A stretch of 64,000 nt of DNA from Candidatus Aegiribacteria sp. (GTDB lineage Bacteria; Fermentibacterota; Fermentibacteria; Fermentibacterales; JCC-6): positions 1,127 through 65,126 of the forward strand of contig JAUVEU010000008.1 of NCBI GenBank assembly GCA_030594645.1, in the 5' to 3' direction. The position numbers and the translations under genes are program-made. The notes beneath the pieces are model-generated. The model had not been told where the DNA came from, searched no databases, and saw only the letters and a program-made list of their open reading frames with translations. Within the stretch, counting starts at the first letter, position 1, and each line of letters begins with the position of its first letter. Below, piece by piece: positions 37,798 to 48,084 of the stretch.

Positions 37798-39246
37798 ATG
37801 ATGAAGGACATATTTACAGTAAAATACAACTTGCATATTCAATACAGTCATAAGGAAGGATTTTCAATGATTCCAAAAGTTCTTTGCGGTTATTCAAATC
37901 TGTTCACTGAATACACTGAGCTTCGTGTCCAGGAAAACCGTTCCGTCAATATCGCTGTTGTAAACGGTGACGTAATGGGCAACAGCAGATCTTCTTCCAG
38001 CGGGGTTTCCGCGAGAACATACAGTAACGGTGTATGGGGATTCTCTTCCGATCCTGAGATAAATGATGAAAACATCAGGAAGGTAATTGCCTTCGCTACG
38101 AGGAATGCCAAGTTCCTTGGCAGCAGGGAAAACAAAGGCGGAAAATCACTTCCTGTGACACTGGGAAACAGCATAAGGGATTACTCAACAGCTAAAGACA
38201 GAAAATCTCAGAAGGATCTCATCGATTTTGTCAGGGAAATTGACTCCAGAATAATGCAGGATTTCAAGGAAATAACTTCAAGAACGGTTGCGCTGGGACT
38301 TCTTGATATGGAGAAATCCCTTCTAACCTCGGATGGATCTTCAGCTTATTCAATGACGCCAAAGTCGATCATGTACATTTCCATGTCAACAGAGCGCGAT
38401 GGCCAGTTGATAGAGTTATTCGATATCTATGGCGGTCTGGGGCAATTCGAGGATGTTTTCACCACACCGGATATGCTTTTTGAACAGATGGATGAGTATT
38501 ACGGCCACCTCCGCCGGAAAGCTGAAGGAATATATCCCGATGCCGGGATAAAGGAATGCATCTTTGATGCCGATCTGGCCGGAATCCTCGCGCACGAGGC
38601 AATAGGGCATACAACAGAGGCTGATTCTGTCAGAGGCGGGTCTATAGCTGGCGATTACCTTAATCAGGAGGTTGCGAGCCCTCTTGTTACTATGGTAGAC
38701 TTCGCAAATTCAGCTTATGGAAAACCCTGCCCTATACCGGTATTCATCGATGATGAAGGTACCGAAGCGAAAGATGTAGTTCTGATCGATGAAGGTGTCC
38801 TGAAGCGGTTTATGCACAACAAAGAGACTTCAATTCAGTTCGATGACGAACCGACCGGAAACGCTCGGGCTTACCGTTTCAACGATGAGCCTATTATCAG
38901 AATGAGGAATACAGCTATTCTTCCGGGAAAGAGCAAACTCGAAGACATGATCGCCTCGGTTCAGGACGGATACTACCTCATGAAACCCAGCAATGGACAG
39001 GCTGATTCCACCAGCGAGTTCATGTTCGGCATCATTCAGGGTTACGAGATCAAGAACGGCAAACTGGGAAGAGCTATCAGAGACACGACTATCTCCGGAA
39101 TAGCTTTCGATATGCTCAAGACTGTCACTGCAATATCGGATGAGATGAAATGGACATGCGCTGGAATGTGCGGCAAGAAGCAGCCTATTCCTGTAGGTAT
39201 GGGCGGTCCGGCCATCAAGTGCAGAGTCAATATAGGAGGAAGGTAA
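37798..39246 (+). CDS. tldD: TldD family metalloprotease.
   Basis: GILAHEAIGHTTEAD HExxxH motif. Length 482 aa. Confidence 0.85.
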   Translation: MMKDIFTVKYNLHIQYSHKEGFSMIPKVLCGYSNLFTEYTELRVQENRSVNIAVVNGDVMGNSRSSSSGVSARTYSNGVWGFSSDPEINDENIRKVIAFATRNAKFLGSRENKGGKSLPVTLGNSIRDYSTAKDRKSQKDLIDFVREIDSRIMQDFKEITSRTVALGLLDMEKSLLTSDGSSAYSMTPKSIMYISMSTERDGQLIELFDIYGGLGQFEDVFTTPDMLFEQMDEYYGHLRRKAEGIYPDAGIKECIFDADLAGILAHEAIGHTTEADSVRGGSIAGDYLNQEVASPLVTMVDFANSAYGKPCPIPVFIDDEGTEAKDVVLIDEGVLKRFMHNKETSIQFDDEPTGNARAYRFNDEPIIRMRNTAILPGKSKLEDMIASVQDGYYLMKPSNGQADSTSEFMFGIIQGYEIKNGKLGRAIRDTTISGIAFDMLKTVTAISDEMKWTCAGMCGKKQPIPVGMGGPAIKCRVNIGGR

Positions 39247-40541
39247 TGAGCAGTAGAAAAGACATTACGAACTACTGTATTGAAGCCATGCTGAAGGCCG
39301 GTATTCAAAAGGCTCAGTGCACACTTAGTGACAAGAGCAAGGATGAATTCAACGTGGATGGCGGAGAGATCAGCCTTCTGAGAACAACTAATGACACATC
39401 TCTCTATATGATGGGGATAATAGACGACAAAAGGGGTTCGGTTTCCATTAACAAAACCGATAAAGAATCAATAGACAAGGCAGTGAAAGAAGTTTATGAT
39501 CTGGCCGAATCATCTGAAGCTGACAGCGCTAACGACATCTCGGAGCTACAGCCCTCGAAAGTCTTTCAGAAAGGGCCGGCAGAATCTGATCTCAATCTGA
39601 TGTATGACAGAATTACCGCTTTTCTTGCTTACAGCCTGGAAACCTACCCGTCCCTGATACTCGAGCAGGCCATTCTGGATTTCGTATCAAAGAAAAGTTA
39701 CTTCCGTAATTCGAACGGAGTCTATTTTGAATCTTCAAGAGGTATCTACAACTTCTCCCCTATGTTCACTTCAAAGGAAGGCGCGGAAATCTCCTCCTTT
39801 AATTACTCGGGATTCTCATCGGGGAATCTCGACAGGGAACTTCACGAATACGGTTCCATCGACACCCTGATGAAACAATCCACTGAACAGATCAGCACAA
39901 AGGAGATATCGGGAAAATTCACAGGTGAGATTATCATCACACCTGACTGCATAGAAGATTTCTTATCACATATCACATCGTTTCTGAGCGATTATCCACT
40001 TATCAGCGGGACTTCCATCTACAAGGACTCCCTGAATGAACTGATAGCTGATCCGCAACTGACCCTTCACTCAAAACCGGTATCCGATGAGATAGCTGAT
40101 GGATACTTCTTCACACCTGACGGATACGAAGCCAGGAACAGTACCATTATTGAGAATGGAGTACTGAAAACCTTCCTTCTCGGTCTTTATGGCGCGAAGA
40201 AGACCGGGAAACCGAAAGCTGTGAACAGTGGCGACTCATATGTAATCGATGCGGGGAAATACTCTTTTGAGGAGATGGTTTCCTCTGTAGAAAAAGGTAT
40301 CCTTATGTGCAGATTCTCGGGCGGCAACCCTAGTGATAGCGGAGACTTCTCAGGAGTGTGCAAGAACAGTTACTATATTGAGAACGGTGAAATACTCTAC
40401 CCTGTCAGGGAAACCATGATTTCCGGTAATCTAGGTGAACTGCTCAAGAACATCAGGCGAATCTCCAGAGAAAGAATCGACTTCGGCAGTGAGATACTGC
40501 CCTGGATTCAGGTAGGTGGCATCACGATCTCAGGGAAGTAG
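39246..40541 (+). CDS. pmbA: PmbA/TldE family protein, the TldD partner.
   Basis: TldD/PmbA fold without an HExxxH motif. The ATG at 39246 overlaps the tldD stop. The ORF-track start at 39150 is an in-frame upstream extension. Confidence 0.8.
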   Translation: MSSRKDITNYCIEAMLKAGIQKAQCTLSDKSKDEFNVDGGEISLLRTTNDTSLYMMGIIDDKRGSVSINKTDKESIDKAVKEVYDLAESSEADSANDISELQPSKVFQKGPAESDLNLMYDRITAFLAYSLETYPSLILEQAILDFVSKKSYFRNSNGVYFESSRGIYNFSPMFTSKEGAEISSFNYSGFSSGNLDRELHEYGSIDTLMKQSTEQISTKEISGKFTGEIIITPDCIEDFLSHITSFLSDYPLISGTSIYKDSLNELIADPQLTLHSKPVSDEIADGYFFTPDGYEARNSTIIENGVLKTFLLGLYGAKKTGKPKAVNSGDSYVIDAGKYSFEEMVSSVEKGILMCRFSGGNPSDSGDFSGVCKNSYYIENGEILYPVRETMISGNLGELLKNIRRISRERIDFGSEILPWIQVGGITISGK

Positions 40542-40591
40542 CCTTTTTCTTCACTGCACTCCATCTTCACGAAATAGAGGATGCCGGGTTA

Positions 40592-41875
40592 CTATAAATA
40601 GCCCAGAGCCTGAAGTTTGTTCACAAAATCCAATGAATCATTACACGTAGGTGTGCATATGCATGGAGAAGCCCAGTAGCTCAGCACTTTCTCCAGCAGC
40701 AGGCTGTCGGCGGGAAGGAGATCCATCTCGCCGGGATCAGCAGCAATATCATAGGTTTCAAGTGAATCCGGCTCAACGAACCACATCAGCTTGATTGTCT
40801 CCTGTAGACAGGCAGCCATTGAAGTATCGCCTACTACGCCGCTGGATGGAATGATTCGATCTTCCGGGATATCCCCGAACAGGTTTATTCCTTCAATATG
40901 GTTCGGAATGGGAATATCCAGGTATGCGAGGACTGTTGGCAGTACATCAAATTGCCCTGCATTAAGTGAAATCACGGAACCTGGTTCTATTCCAGGGCCG
41001 GAGAGGATCAAGGGAATATGAATGGTCTGCTGGTAAAGATTATTAGCATGTCCAGTGTCTCCATGCTCCATGAATTCTTCACCGTGATCAGCAATCAGAA
41101 TGACAATAGTGTTCTCCATCAGCCCCATTTCCCTCATGCTTTGAAAAAGCCTTGAAAGCTGACTGTCGGTGCATCTGATCTCGGAATCATAAAGAGCTTC
41201 AAGATGCTCGATCAAAGCAGTATCGCTCCAGAGATTTGTATCAATCGGCCAGTCGTCCAACCCACCCGTTGTACCGGAACTCGTGAAAATAGTGTCGAAG
41301 GGAGAAGGGGGCTGGTAGGGTGAGTGAGGATCGTAGAAGTGAATTGTCGCTAGAAATGGCTCTGAAACTTCATTATTAGAGAAGTAACTGAGAAGAGTAT
41401 CAACAGTGACAACGTCCTTTGTACTCCATTCTTTGGATATCCAGAAGGAATCATATCCCTTGTCCATACCGAATTCATTTCCCATGAATTCGGTACGAAC
41501 AAATGCTGCAGTGAAATACCCCTGTTGTTGGAGAATCGTTGATATGGTCGGCATTTCAGGGTCAAGGCCGTATAAAGTTCCATCGTAGTACCCGCAGTGG
41601 TGGCTTCGCTCTGACAGGCCGGTATAAATAGAAGTCATCCCTGGCAGAGTCCATGAAGCCTGAGCCTGACAACTCTTGAAAATGACTCCGGATGCAGCAA
41701 GACTGTCGATAGTTGGAGAAGTGTCGCGATAGTAACCGTAACAGCCAAGATGATCAGCATTAAGAGTATCTATAAGTACAAGGAGAATATTCACTTTCCG
41801 ATTTTCCTCGTTACCGGTACATGAGAAAGATAGAAGTAAAAGGAACAAAGCGATGAATACCGTAGAAGCTTTCAT
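40592..41875 (-). CDS. Secreted sulfatase-like hydrolase/transferase (alkaline-phosphatase superfamily) lacking the C/S-x-P-x-R FGly motif.
   Basis: NILLVLIDTLNADHLGCYG metal site. The nucleophile region reads ASWTLPGMTS, not CxPxR. Confidence 0.6.
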   Translation of the reverse strand: MKASTVFIALFLLLLSFSCTGNEENRKVNILLVLIDTLNADHLGCYGYYRDTSPTIDSLAASGVIFKSCQAQASWTLPGMTSIYTGLSERSHHCGYYDGTLYGLDPEMPTISTILQQQGYFTAAFVRTEFMGNEFGMDKGYDSFWISKEWSTKDVVTVDTLLSYFSNNEVSEPFLATIHFYDPHSPYQPPSPFDTIFTSSGTTGGLDDWPIDTNLWSDTALIEHLEALYDSEIRCTDSQLSRLFQSMREMGLMENTIVILIADHGEEFMEHGDTGHANNLYQQTIHIPLILSGPGIEPGSVISLNAGQFDVLPTVLAYLDIPIPNHIEGINLFGDIPEDRIIPSSGVVGDTSMAACLQETIKLMWFVEPDSLETYDIAADPGEMDLLPADSLLLEKVLSYWASPCICTPTCNDSLDFVNKLQALGYL

Positions 41876-41969
41876 ATTGTCTCCAGTGTTATGTGTTAAT
41901 ATTGAACTAATATAATTTGTTTTAGTTTTATCTGGTAACCATATTCGGGGGGAGGAAGGGGTATTAGCA

Positions 41970-42743
41970 ATGAATCTTTATTATTTCTCCGGCACGGGGA
42001 ATTCAATCGCAATCGTTCGAGAACTGCAGAAGCACCTGAAGGATGCTGAACTCTCACCAATAGCAAGACATCTTGATGATGCCGAGATCAGGGATGATTC
42101 GAAAGTCATAGGCTTCATCGTTCCCACCTACTACATGGATATACCGGATATTGTAAGGGATTTTACCAAAAAGCTCTCCATTAAAAAGAATGCTTTCATC
42201 TTCGCGGTTATCCATTATGGTGTTACTCCAGGAAGAGCATTTTACTCCCTGAACGCTCTGCTTTCTGAAAAAGGCGCGAAACTGAATGCCGGTTTTGGAA
42301 TAGTCCTCCCTGATAACAGCATCGCACTGAAGACACCGATCAGGAAACAGCCGGAAATGCATGCTTTAATGCCCGGGATCGTGGAAGATATATCATCAAT
42401 GGTTCTGAAAAAACGTTCTATACCTCTACCCGGAACCGACTCACCGCTGTCAGGCGTGAACGGTAGAGTTGGTTCATTCGTTCTCAGGAAAATATTCGGA
42501 ACAGACCGAAAGCGAGTCACATCAGATTGTACACGCTGTGGAATCTGCGAGCGGGTATGCCCTGTGAATAACATCACCGTATATGATGATAATGTATCGT
42601 TCGGAGACAACTGTGCCGAGTGTTTCGCGTGCATTCACTGGTGCCCTGAAAAAGCTGTCAGGTATGGAATTCTAAAGGTCAACAGCAAATCCCACTATAC
42701 CAATCCGGCAGTATCCTCCGCTGACATAATGGCACAGAAATAA
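41970..42743 (+). CDS. Flavodoxin-like domain plus 4Fe-4S ferredoxin-domain protein (EFR1-type).
   Basis: MNLYYFSGTGNS flavodoxin start and two CxxCxxC...CP motifs at the C-terminus. Confidence 0.7.
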   Translation: MNLYYFSGTGNSIAIVRELQKHLKDAELSPIARHLDDAEIRDDSKVIGFIVPTYYMDIPDIVRDFTKKLSIKKNAFIFAVIHYGVTPGRAFYSLNALLSEKGAKLNAGFGIVLPDNSIALKTPIRKQPEMHALMPGIVEDISSMVLKKRSIPLPGTDSPLSGVNGRVGSFVLRKIFGTDRKRVTSDCTRCGICERVCPVNNITVYDDNVSFGDNCAECFACIHWCPEKAVRYGILKVNSKSHYTNPAVSSADIMAQK

Positions 42744-42754
42744 GTTGTTAAAGG

Positions 42755-44125
42755 CTATTTTTTCAGAACGGTAAATCTGAGAGTCGATATTTCCCCGTTC
42801 AAACTCAATCTTGCTGTGTAAATACCGGTAATAAGTTCTCCGGAGCACAGTGAGTGCATCCCCGTCGGGAGTTCACCCGTGAATACTGTCGATACCATTC
42901 GACCACTTATATCAAACAATTGCAGACCGACATCACAGGATTCACATAGCGCGATATGAAAAACGGATACTGAACCGGAGGGATTAGCACTGATAGAAAA
43001 AAGATTTTCATTCACGGGGTTTGATACGATGACAACCCACGTCGATGAATCGAAAAACATCCCATCGTCAATATTGACCACAACAGTATCGGTTGTTACC
43101 GTGGAACTTGAGTACAGATAACAAGTATCATGAGCTGAAGTATCAACAACCCCGTTGACACTCCAGACGTAAAACAAAGAATCTTCCGGATCAGGATCCC
43201 GTACCAGTACATCGAGCAGAAGAACGCTATCAGGGATTATGTAACAGGGTGAAGGAGGATTTGATGAAATGATTTCAGGCGGGTAATTCATGGGATCAAC
43301 TTCAATTTCAAAAAGCTCAGGCCACGATTTACCGGTTACGAACAACCGCACGTTTTCACTGTCATATGCAATACCGTTGAGCACACCTGGCTGAAAGGAT
43401 AGGCATTGGTCAGTCAGGATACCGGACAGATCAAGCCACTCAGTCACATTACCGGTCTCGGGTTCAATAAGAGCGATAGAATCCGAACCCCAGACATTTG
43501 CATAGATCTTCCCCTGGGCATACTCCAATTCGTTTAAATACATAACCGGTATCCCGTCAGCTTGTACATCAACATAGCCGACTTCCTCATAGGTTTGGGG
43601 ATCAAGATAATGCAATCTTGATGATCCATCACTCATTATCAGACATGTATCATCATGCGTGAGCCCCCACCCCTGAGTAGAATAGCTGAAACTGTCAACC
43701 GGCTGAAATGTCTCTAACTCAATGTATACAAAGCCAATATAGCTCAGCCATGTCAGCTGGATCAGTGTATCATTCCACATTGTAATGCCTTCACCAAAAT
43801 AGGAATCATCAAGGTTATACATTTTCAAAACCGTACCGGTCTCCAGTTCAACCTTACGTAGAGATGAACTGCCATAAAGACCCGTACCCTCGTAGAGCGC
43901 GCCATGCTCATATATCAAACCCTGGGTAAATGCATTCGAATCATGCGGATATTCGTTGATAACTTTATAGCCATACACTGGCAGGCTATCTGCGCCAGGG
44001 AATAAGTAAGATGTCCGGGCTCTGTTGTGCTCCGTCATGATTTGTGCAAACCCTGGTAAAGCAGTCACAGCAAGGATCCAGACAATACTGAAAACTAACA
44101 CTGGTCTTATTTGACTAGATCTCAT
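42755..44125 (-). CDS. Plant/bacterial-type glutaminyl-peptide cyclotransferase (beta-propeller QC) with a T9SS C-terminal sorting domain.
   Basis: AFTQGLIYEHGALYEGTGLYGSSSLRKVELETG is a Glu_cyclase_2-like motif. C-terminus DISGRMV...GIYTARL...FTVLKK. Confidence 0.7.
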   Translation of the reverse strand: MRSSQIRPVLVFSIVWILAVTALPGFAQIMTEHNRARTSYLFPGADSLPVYGYKVINEYPHDSNAFTQGLIYEHGALYEGTGLYGSSSLRKVELETGTVLKMYNLDDSYFGEGITMWNDTLIQLTWLSYIGFVYIELETFQPVDSFSYSTQGWGLTHDDTCLIMSDGSSRLHYLDPQTYEEVGYVDVQADGIPVMYLNELEYAQGKIYANVWGSDSIALIEPETGNVTEWLDLSGILTDQCLSFQPGVLNGIAYDSENVRLFVTGKSWPELFEIEVDPMNYPPEIISSNPPSPCYIIPDSVLLLDVLVRDPDPEDSLFYVWSVNGVVDTSAHDTCYLYSSSTVTTDTVVVNIDDGMFFDSSTWVVIVSNPVNENLFSISANPSGSVSVFHIALCESCDVGLQLFDISGRMVSTVFTGELPTGMHSLCSGELITGIYTARLSLNGEISTLRFTVLKK

Positions 44126-44197
44126 TATCCATATCTTTCCAAGACAGAATTAAGAAAACCGAATTTTCCAACCCCATTCAACGTTTTGCCTGAAAAA

Positions 44198-45124
44198 TCA
44201 GACAATCAGCGATTTGGAATGTTCTGACGAAGCCGGTGTTTCCGGGTAAAGCTCCATCAGTTTCTTTCTAAGTTCACTGCAGGCAGTTTCAGCACATGCA
44301 TATATTTCCTCTGCCCTGTTAAACTCAAGAATCCCAATATTTCTAATTTCAGGTTTTATGTAAATGTCAGGCCTGTCTGATTTCTTTCTGGCTTCAACAA
44401 TCGATTTCTGCATTATATCGAACATGTTCAGAACCGCCTTGACCGCATTGGGAGGGCTTCCGGATATGGATTCTGCATATCCCAGAACATCCACAGCAAC
44501 AATTACGTCGCAATCTTCCAGAACATCCCATGGAATCGGATTTACTCCACCACCGTCAATAAGAATCTGGTCTCCGTATTTCACAGGGGTAAAAAGCCCG
44601 GGCAGTCCCATACTTGCCTTGACCCCCTGCAGAAGTTTCCCGGAGGAGATGACCACCTGGCTCGATGTCCAGAAGTCTGTGGTGACAACCTTCAGTGGAA
44701 TATCAAGATTGTCGAAATTGTCTATCTTAATGGCATCGTAAAGATACTTCATAATTGAGTCACCTTTGAAAATTCCCGGTCCCAGGAAGTCAATGTCCAG
44801 GAATTTAACAAACCTCTTTATATCCTTGAGTATTTCTACAGCGGAATCATCTTTTCTGATTATTGTATCCCGCACGAGGCTGCGAATTTCCGAACCACTC
44901 AGACCAGATGCATACAAAGCTCCCATTACGGCACCTATGCTCGTACCGGCAATGCAGCATGGCCTGATTTTCATTTCATCAAGAAGCTCCAGAATTGGAA
45001 TATGCGCAAGCCCCCTTGCTCCTCCACCACCCAGGGCAAGACCCAGCCTGATACTCTTCTCTTCTCTATCAGGCGTTTTCCACCCAAAAAGACTCCGGAT
45101 TCTGTTCGTCAGATAATTCCTCAT
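44198..45124 (-). CDS. Patatin-like phospholipase (RssA-like).
   Basis: GGGGARG oxyanion motif, GTSIG serine motif and a DGG catalytic Asp. Confidence 0.85.
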   Translation of the reverse strand: MRNYLTNRIRSLFGWKTPDREEKSIRLGLALGGGGARGLAHIPILELLDEMKIRPCCIAGTSIGAVMGALYASGLSGSEIRSLVRDTIIRKDDSAVEILKDIKRFVKFLDIDFLGPGIFKGDSIMKYLYDAIKIDNFDNLDIPLKVVTTDFWTSSQVVISSGKLLQGVKASMGLPGLFTPVKYGDQILIDGGGVNPIPWDVLEDCDVIVAVDVLGYAESISGSPPNAVKAVLNMFDIMQKSIVEARKKSDRPDIYIKPEIRNIGILEFNRAEEIYACAETACSELRKKLMELYPETPASSEHSKSLIV

Positions 45125-45416
45125 TCAAATTTCCGTTCAGTATTGAGAGTCTATATTGAGCAATAACATAAGCCTTTGTATCCCGATTGAGCACCAGATA
45201 CGCGAAATAGAAAAGAATTATGAACAACTATTCTGACAGATAGCAATCATCAATTCGATAAGACTGCACTCAGTCTTGACGATAATTGCAAATTTCATTG
45301 CGGCAGCGAAGATATGGAATACTAATATCAAACTGATTCATAAAATCGGAACAGATGAATGACTTTCATGGGGAAGAGATTAACAAGCAATTCTCTTTCG
45401 GGGATATGTTGCCTTC

Positions 45417-45743
45417 TCATGCGTTAGCATGATTGTGTACCGGTGATTCAGAAAAAAGAATCTTCACTTCTTTTTCAATTATCCGTCCATACCTACTCCT
45501 TGCGAGTTTCATATTGTATCTAACCTGTAGATTTAGCCATAATTCCGGTTCAATCCCGAAGTACTTGCCCAGGCGCAATGCTGTGTCTGCGGTGATTTCC
45601 CTTTTTCCATGAACTATCTGACTAATACGGTTAGCCGGTACGCTAATGTCTTTTGCAAGCTGGCTCTGGGAAATACCCATTGGCTTGAGAAACTCCTCTA
45701 AAAGGACATCGCCTGGTGTAATCGGAGATAATTTATTTGTCAT
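45417..45743 (-). CDS. higA: HigA-family antitoxin (XRE HTH).
   Basis: MTNKLSPITPGDVLLEEFLKPMGISQSQLAKDISVPANRISQIVHGKR. The start at 45743 lies 4 nt after the higB stop. Confidence 0.85.
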   Translation of the reverse strand: MTNKLSPITPGDVLLEEFLKPMGISQSQLAKDISVPANRISQIVHGKREITADTALRLGKYFGIEPELWLNLQVRYNMKLARSRYGRIIEKEVKILFSESPVHNHANA

Positions 45744-45747
45744 ATCG

Positions 45748-46032
45748 CTACCCCTTATGATAATCCAGAATTTTAACTTCAATGACTGCTTCATCCTTCC
45801 AAACAAAGCAGATACGCAATTGATTATTGATTCTTATGCTGTGTTGATCTTTCCTCTTGTCTTTTAGTTGCTCAAGTCTGTTCCCAGGGGGAATCCGTAA
45901 ACTTTCCAGAGAAACAGCTGCGTTCAAAACTTCAAGCTTAATTCTGGCTGTTCTGTTGATACTCCTGAATTTCCTGATATCCAAATCGTTAAAGAGCTTT
46001 TCAGTGTCTCTGCATTTAAAAGATTTTATCAT
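45748..46032 (-). CDS. higB: HigB toxin (RelE/ParE superfamily, plasmid-maintenance killer-protein type).
   Basis: IKSFKCRDTEKLF...PPGNRLEQLKDKRKDQHSIRINNQLRICFVW...VKILDYH. Confidence 0.85.
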   Translation of the reverse strand: MIKSFKCRDTEKLFNDLDIRKFRSINRTARIKLEVLNAAVSLESLRIPPGNRLEQLKDKRKDQHSIRINNQLRICFVWKDEAVIEVKILDYHKG

Positions 46033-46284
46033 GCCAAGATATATGACGCCTTACGTCACTCGTCAAGGTATGGCTAAATATCCTCTGAGAAGAATAATGG
46101 AGTATTACTCATTGCCTCATAAGTCTTGTGATTCGTCCCTAATGAGACTATCATTAGCTCCATGAGAAACGATTTAAGGCAAAGCACCTATGATTTTAAC
46201 AAGCGAATTGAGCTGACTTCACCCATTTAAGGCAGTGTCACAGCAGCTCATTCGAAGCGTTATGGAAATGAATAGGAGGACAGA

Positions 46285-47991
46285 ATGGTTTTCGGAACTA
46301 TCATTGCAGCAATCCTAATATTCGCTACCAATCTTACAATTACTGAACCTATCGACGGCGAGACCTACAATGGTGACTGGCTCACCGTCAGGGCAATCGT
46401 GGAAAATGAAAACGAAATGGCCGATTCGGTCCACTACTCCCTTAACGGTCAGCCTGTGGTTCAGATTCCCCGGCTGAATACTGACTGGTACACATACATG
46501 CAGAATGACCTTCATCATGGCTTTTCAGAGTCACCTGCACCCACGGACAACACAATACTCTGGACCGCTCCGGTCACCGGAACTACCCATGAGTTCCCTA
46601 CACCGGTGATCATTGAAGGAATTGTTTACTACCCCTCCAACGATGGTACTGATTCCCTTTATGCCCTTGATGCAGCTACCGGCGAACTGATCTGGAAATA
46701 CCGAACTGGTTATACGGATGATGCGGTGACCGTAAAGAACGGCTACCTGTACACCGCCAGCGATTCTTTATGGTGTCTGAATGCCCTGACAGGTGAGAGG
46801 ATATGGGCTAACGGAGATGCTGATTGCACTGGAAGCACCCCAGCAGTGATTGATGGCAGTGTGTACTGTGGACGAGCCGTATATAACCCACAATTTATTT
46901 CCTATGTGTATTGCTTCGATACGGCAACAGGCGCAGAAATATGGGCGGATACACTCTCTGGAAGTACAGCAAGCTGTATGACGGTATGGAACAGTATGGT
47001 ACTCATCCCAACTAGCATGGGTCCTTTGTACGCCCTGGAAGCCAATACAGGCTCGATCATCTGGGAAAACACCGATGCATATGAGGGTTACTGGGATTCT
47101 TCTCCTACTATTGTGGACAGTTTGATCTACATAAGCGGAAGTGACGGCAAAACACGGGCAATTGACGCAATAACAGGAATTACCGTCTGGGAGGTTCATA
47201 TTGCTAATCCAGGTCCCCACGGCTCTATCACAGCAACTCCTGCTTATCACGATGGCAGGCTCTACTTCGGGGATGAGATAGATACATTTCATTGTCTTGA
47301 TGCGTCCAACGGAACCACCGTCTGGTCAGTTCCCGGCTGGCAGCACGGTTCTTCCGGGATTGCAGATGGTATCGTATTCTATGGCGAAAATTACAATTAT
47401 GGTAAAACATTCAACCGGGATGATCCAAGAGTCGTTGCGCTGGACTGCGATACCGGTGAAGAAATCTGGTCTTATGAAACCATCGGAAACATCTTTTCCA
47501 GTCCTGCAATTACGGATGGTGTTGTTTACATAGCCGTTATGGACTGGAATCTCTATGCTTTTGGAACTGGTTTGAAATACACTTACCTGGACGATCTGTT
47601 CGCGGAAGTGGGATCAAATGAGCTGATAGTAACATTCTTCGATGAAGGGGTTCCTGTTGCTGCGGACACCATTAACTTCACTGTCACCGAAACAGGGATC
47701 AACCTGGAGCCTACTCACCGGCTTAGTCTTTGCGCCAACCCGAATCCCTTCCACTCCTCAGCACTTATTACATTCGAGCTTTCCGAGTCGGGATTCACCT
47801 CAATTGAAGTGTATGACCTTTCAGGCAGAATAGTCTCTACCCTTGAAAGTACAGAGCTTATGGCCGGAATACATTCGGTGCAGTGGAACGGAAGAAGTCA
47901 GAACGGAGAGCCTGTTTCAGCCGGTCTTTACTTCTGCAGAATTCAGTCTGGTGGGATTACTGAAACCGCAGGCTTGTGTCTTTTGAGATAA
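46285..47991 (+). CDS. PQQ-repeat beta-propeller protein with a T9SS C-terminal sorting domain.
   Basis: Repeated YALDA.TGE.IW and CLNALTGERIW PQQ motifs. C-terminus IEVYDLSGRIV...GLYFCRIQ. Confidence 0.7.
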   Translation: MVFGTIIAAILIFATNLTITEPIDGETYNGDWLTVRAIVENENEMADSVHYSLNGQPVVQIPRLNTDWYTYMQNDLHHGFSESPAPTDNTILWTAPVTGTTHEFPTPVIIEGIVYYPSNDGTDSLYALDAATGELIWKYRTGYTDDAVTVKNGYLYTASDSLWCLNALTGERIWANGDADCTGSTPAVIDGSVYCGRAVYNPQFISYVYCFDTATGAEIWADTLSGSTASCMTVWNSMVLIPTSMGPLYALEANTGSIIWENTDAYEGYWDSSPTIVDSLIYISGSDGKTRAIDAITGITVWEVHIANPGPHGSITATPAYHDGRLYFGDEIDTFHCLDASNGTTVWSVPGWQHGSSGIADGIVFYGENYNYGKTFNRDDPRVVALDCDTGEEIWSYETIGNIFSSPAITDGVVYIAVMDWNLYAFGTGLKYTYLDDLFAEVGSNELIVTFFDEGVPVAADTINFTVTETGINLEPTHRLSLCANPNPFHSSALITFELSESGFTSIEVYDLSGRIVSTLESTELMAGIHSVQWNGRSQNGEPVSAGLYFCRIQSGGITETAGLCLLR

Positions 47992-48010
47992 GAGCTATAA
48001 CCAGAGGCTG

Positions 48011-48080
48011 CAGTTGAATAGTACCCGCTGAGTTGAATTCCAGGTGGGATACTACCCACTGAGCTTCAATTTCTGTGAAT
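48011..48080. promoter_or_regulatory. Imperfect direct repeats (tacccRctgagNt[gc]aatt, two copies, plus [tc]gtgaatag, two copies) in the 93-bp leader of the methyltransferase gene.
   Basis: Copies at 48022-48039 and 48054-48072. Could be an operator or a weak terminator of the upstream gene. Confidence 0.2.
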
Positions 48081-48084
48081 AGAG

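Noticed and set aside
39150-39245. N-terminal 32-codon extension of the pmbA ORF overlapping tldD.
   Set aside because: The ATG at 39246 overlaps the tldD stop and the PmbA homology starts there.
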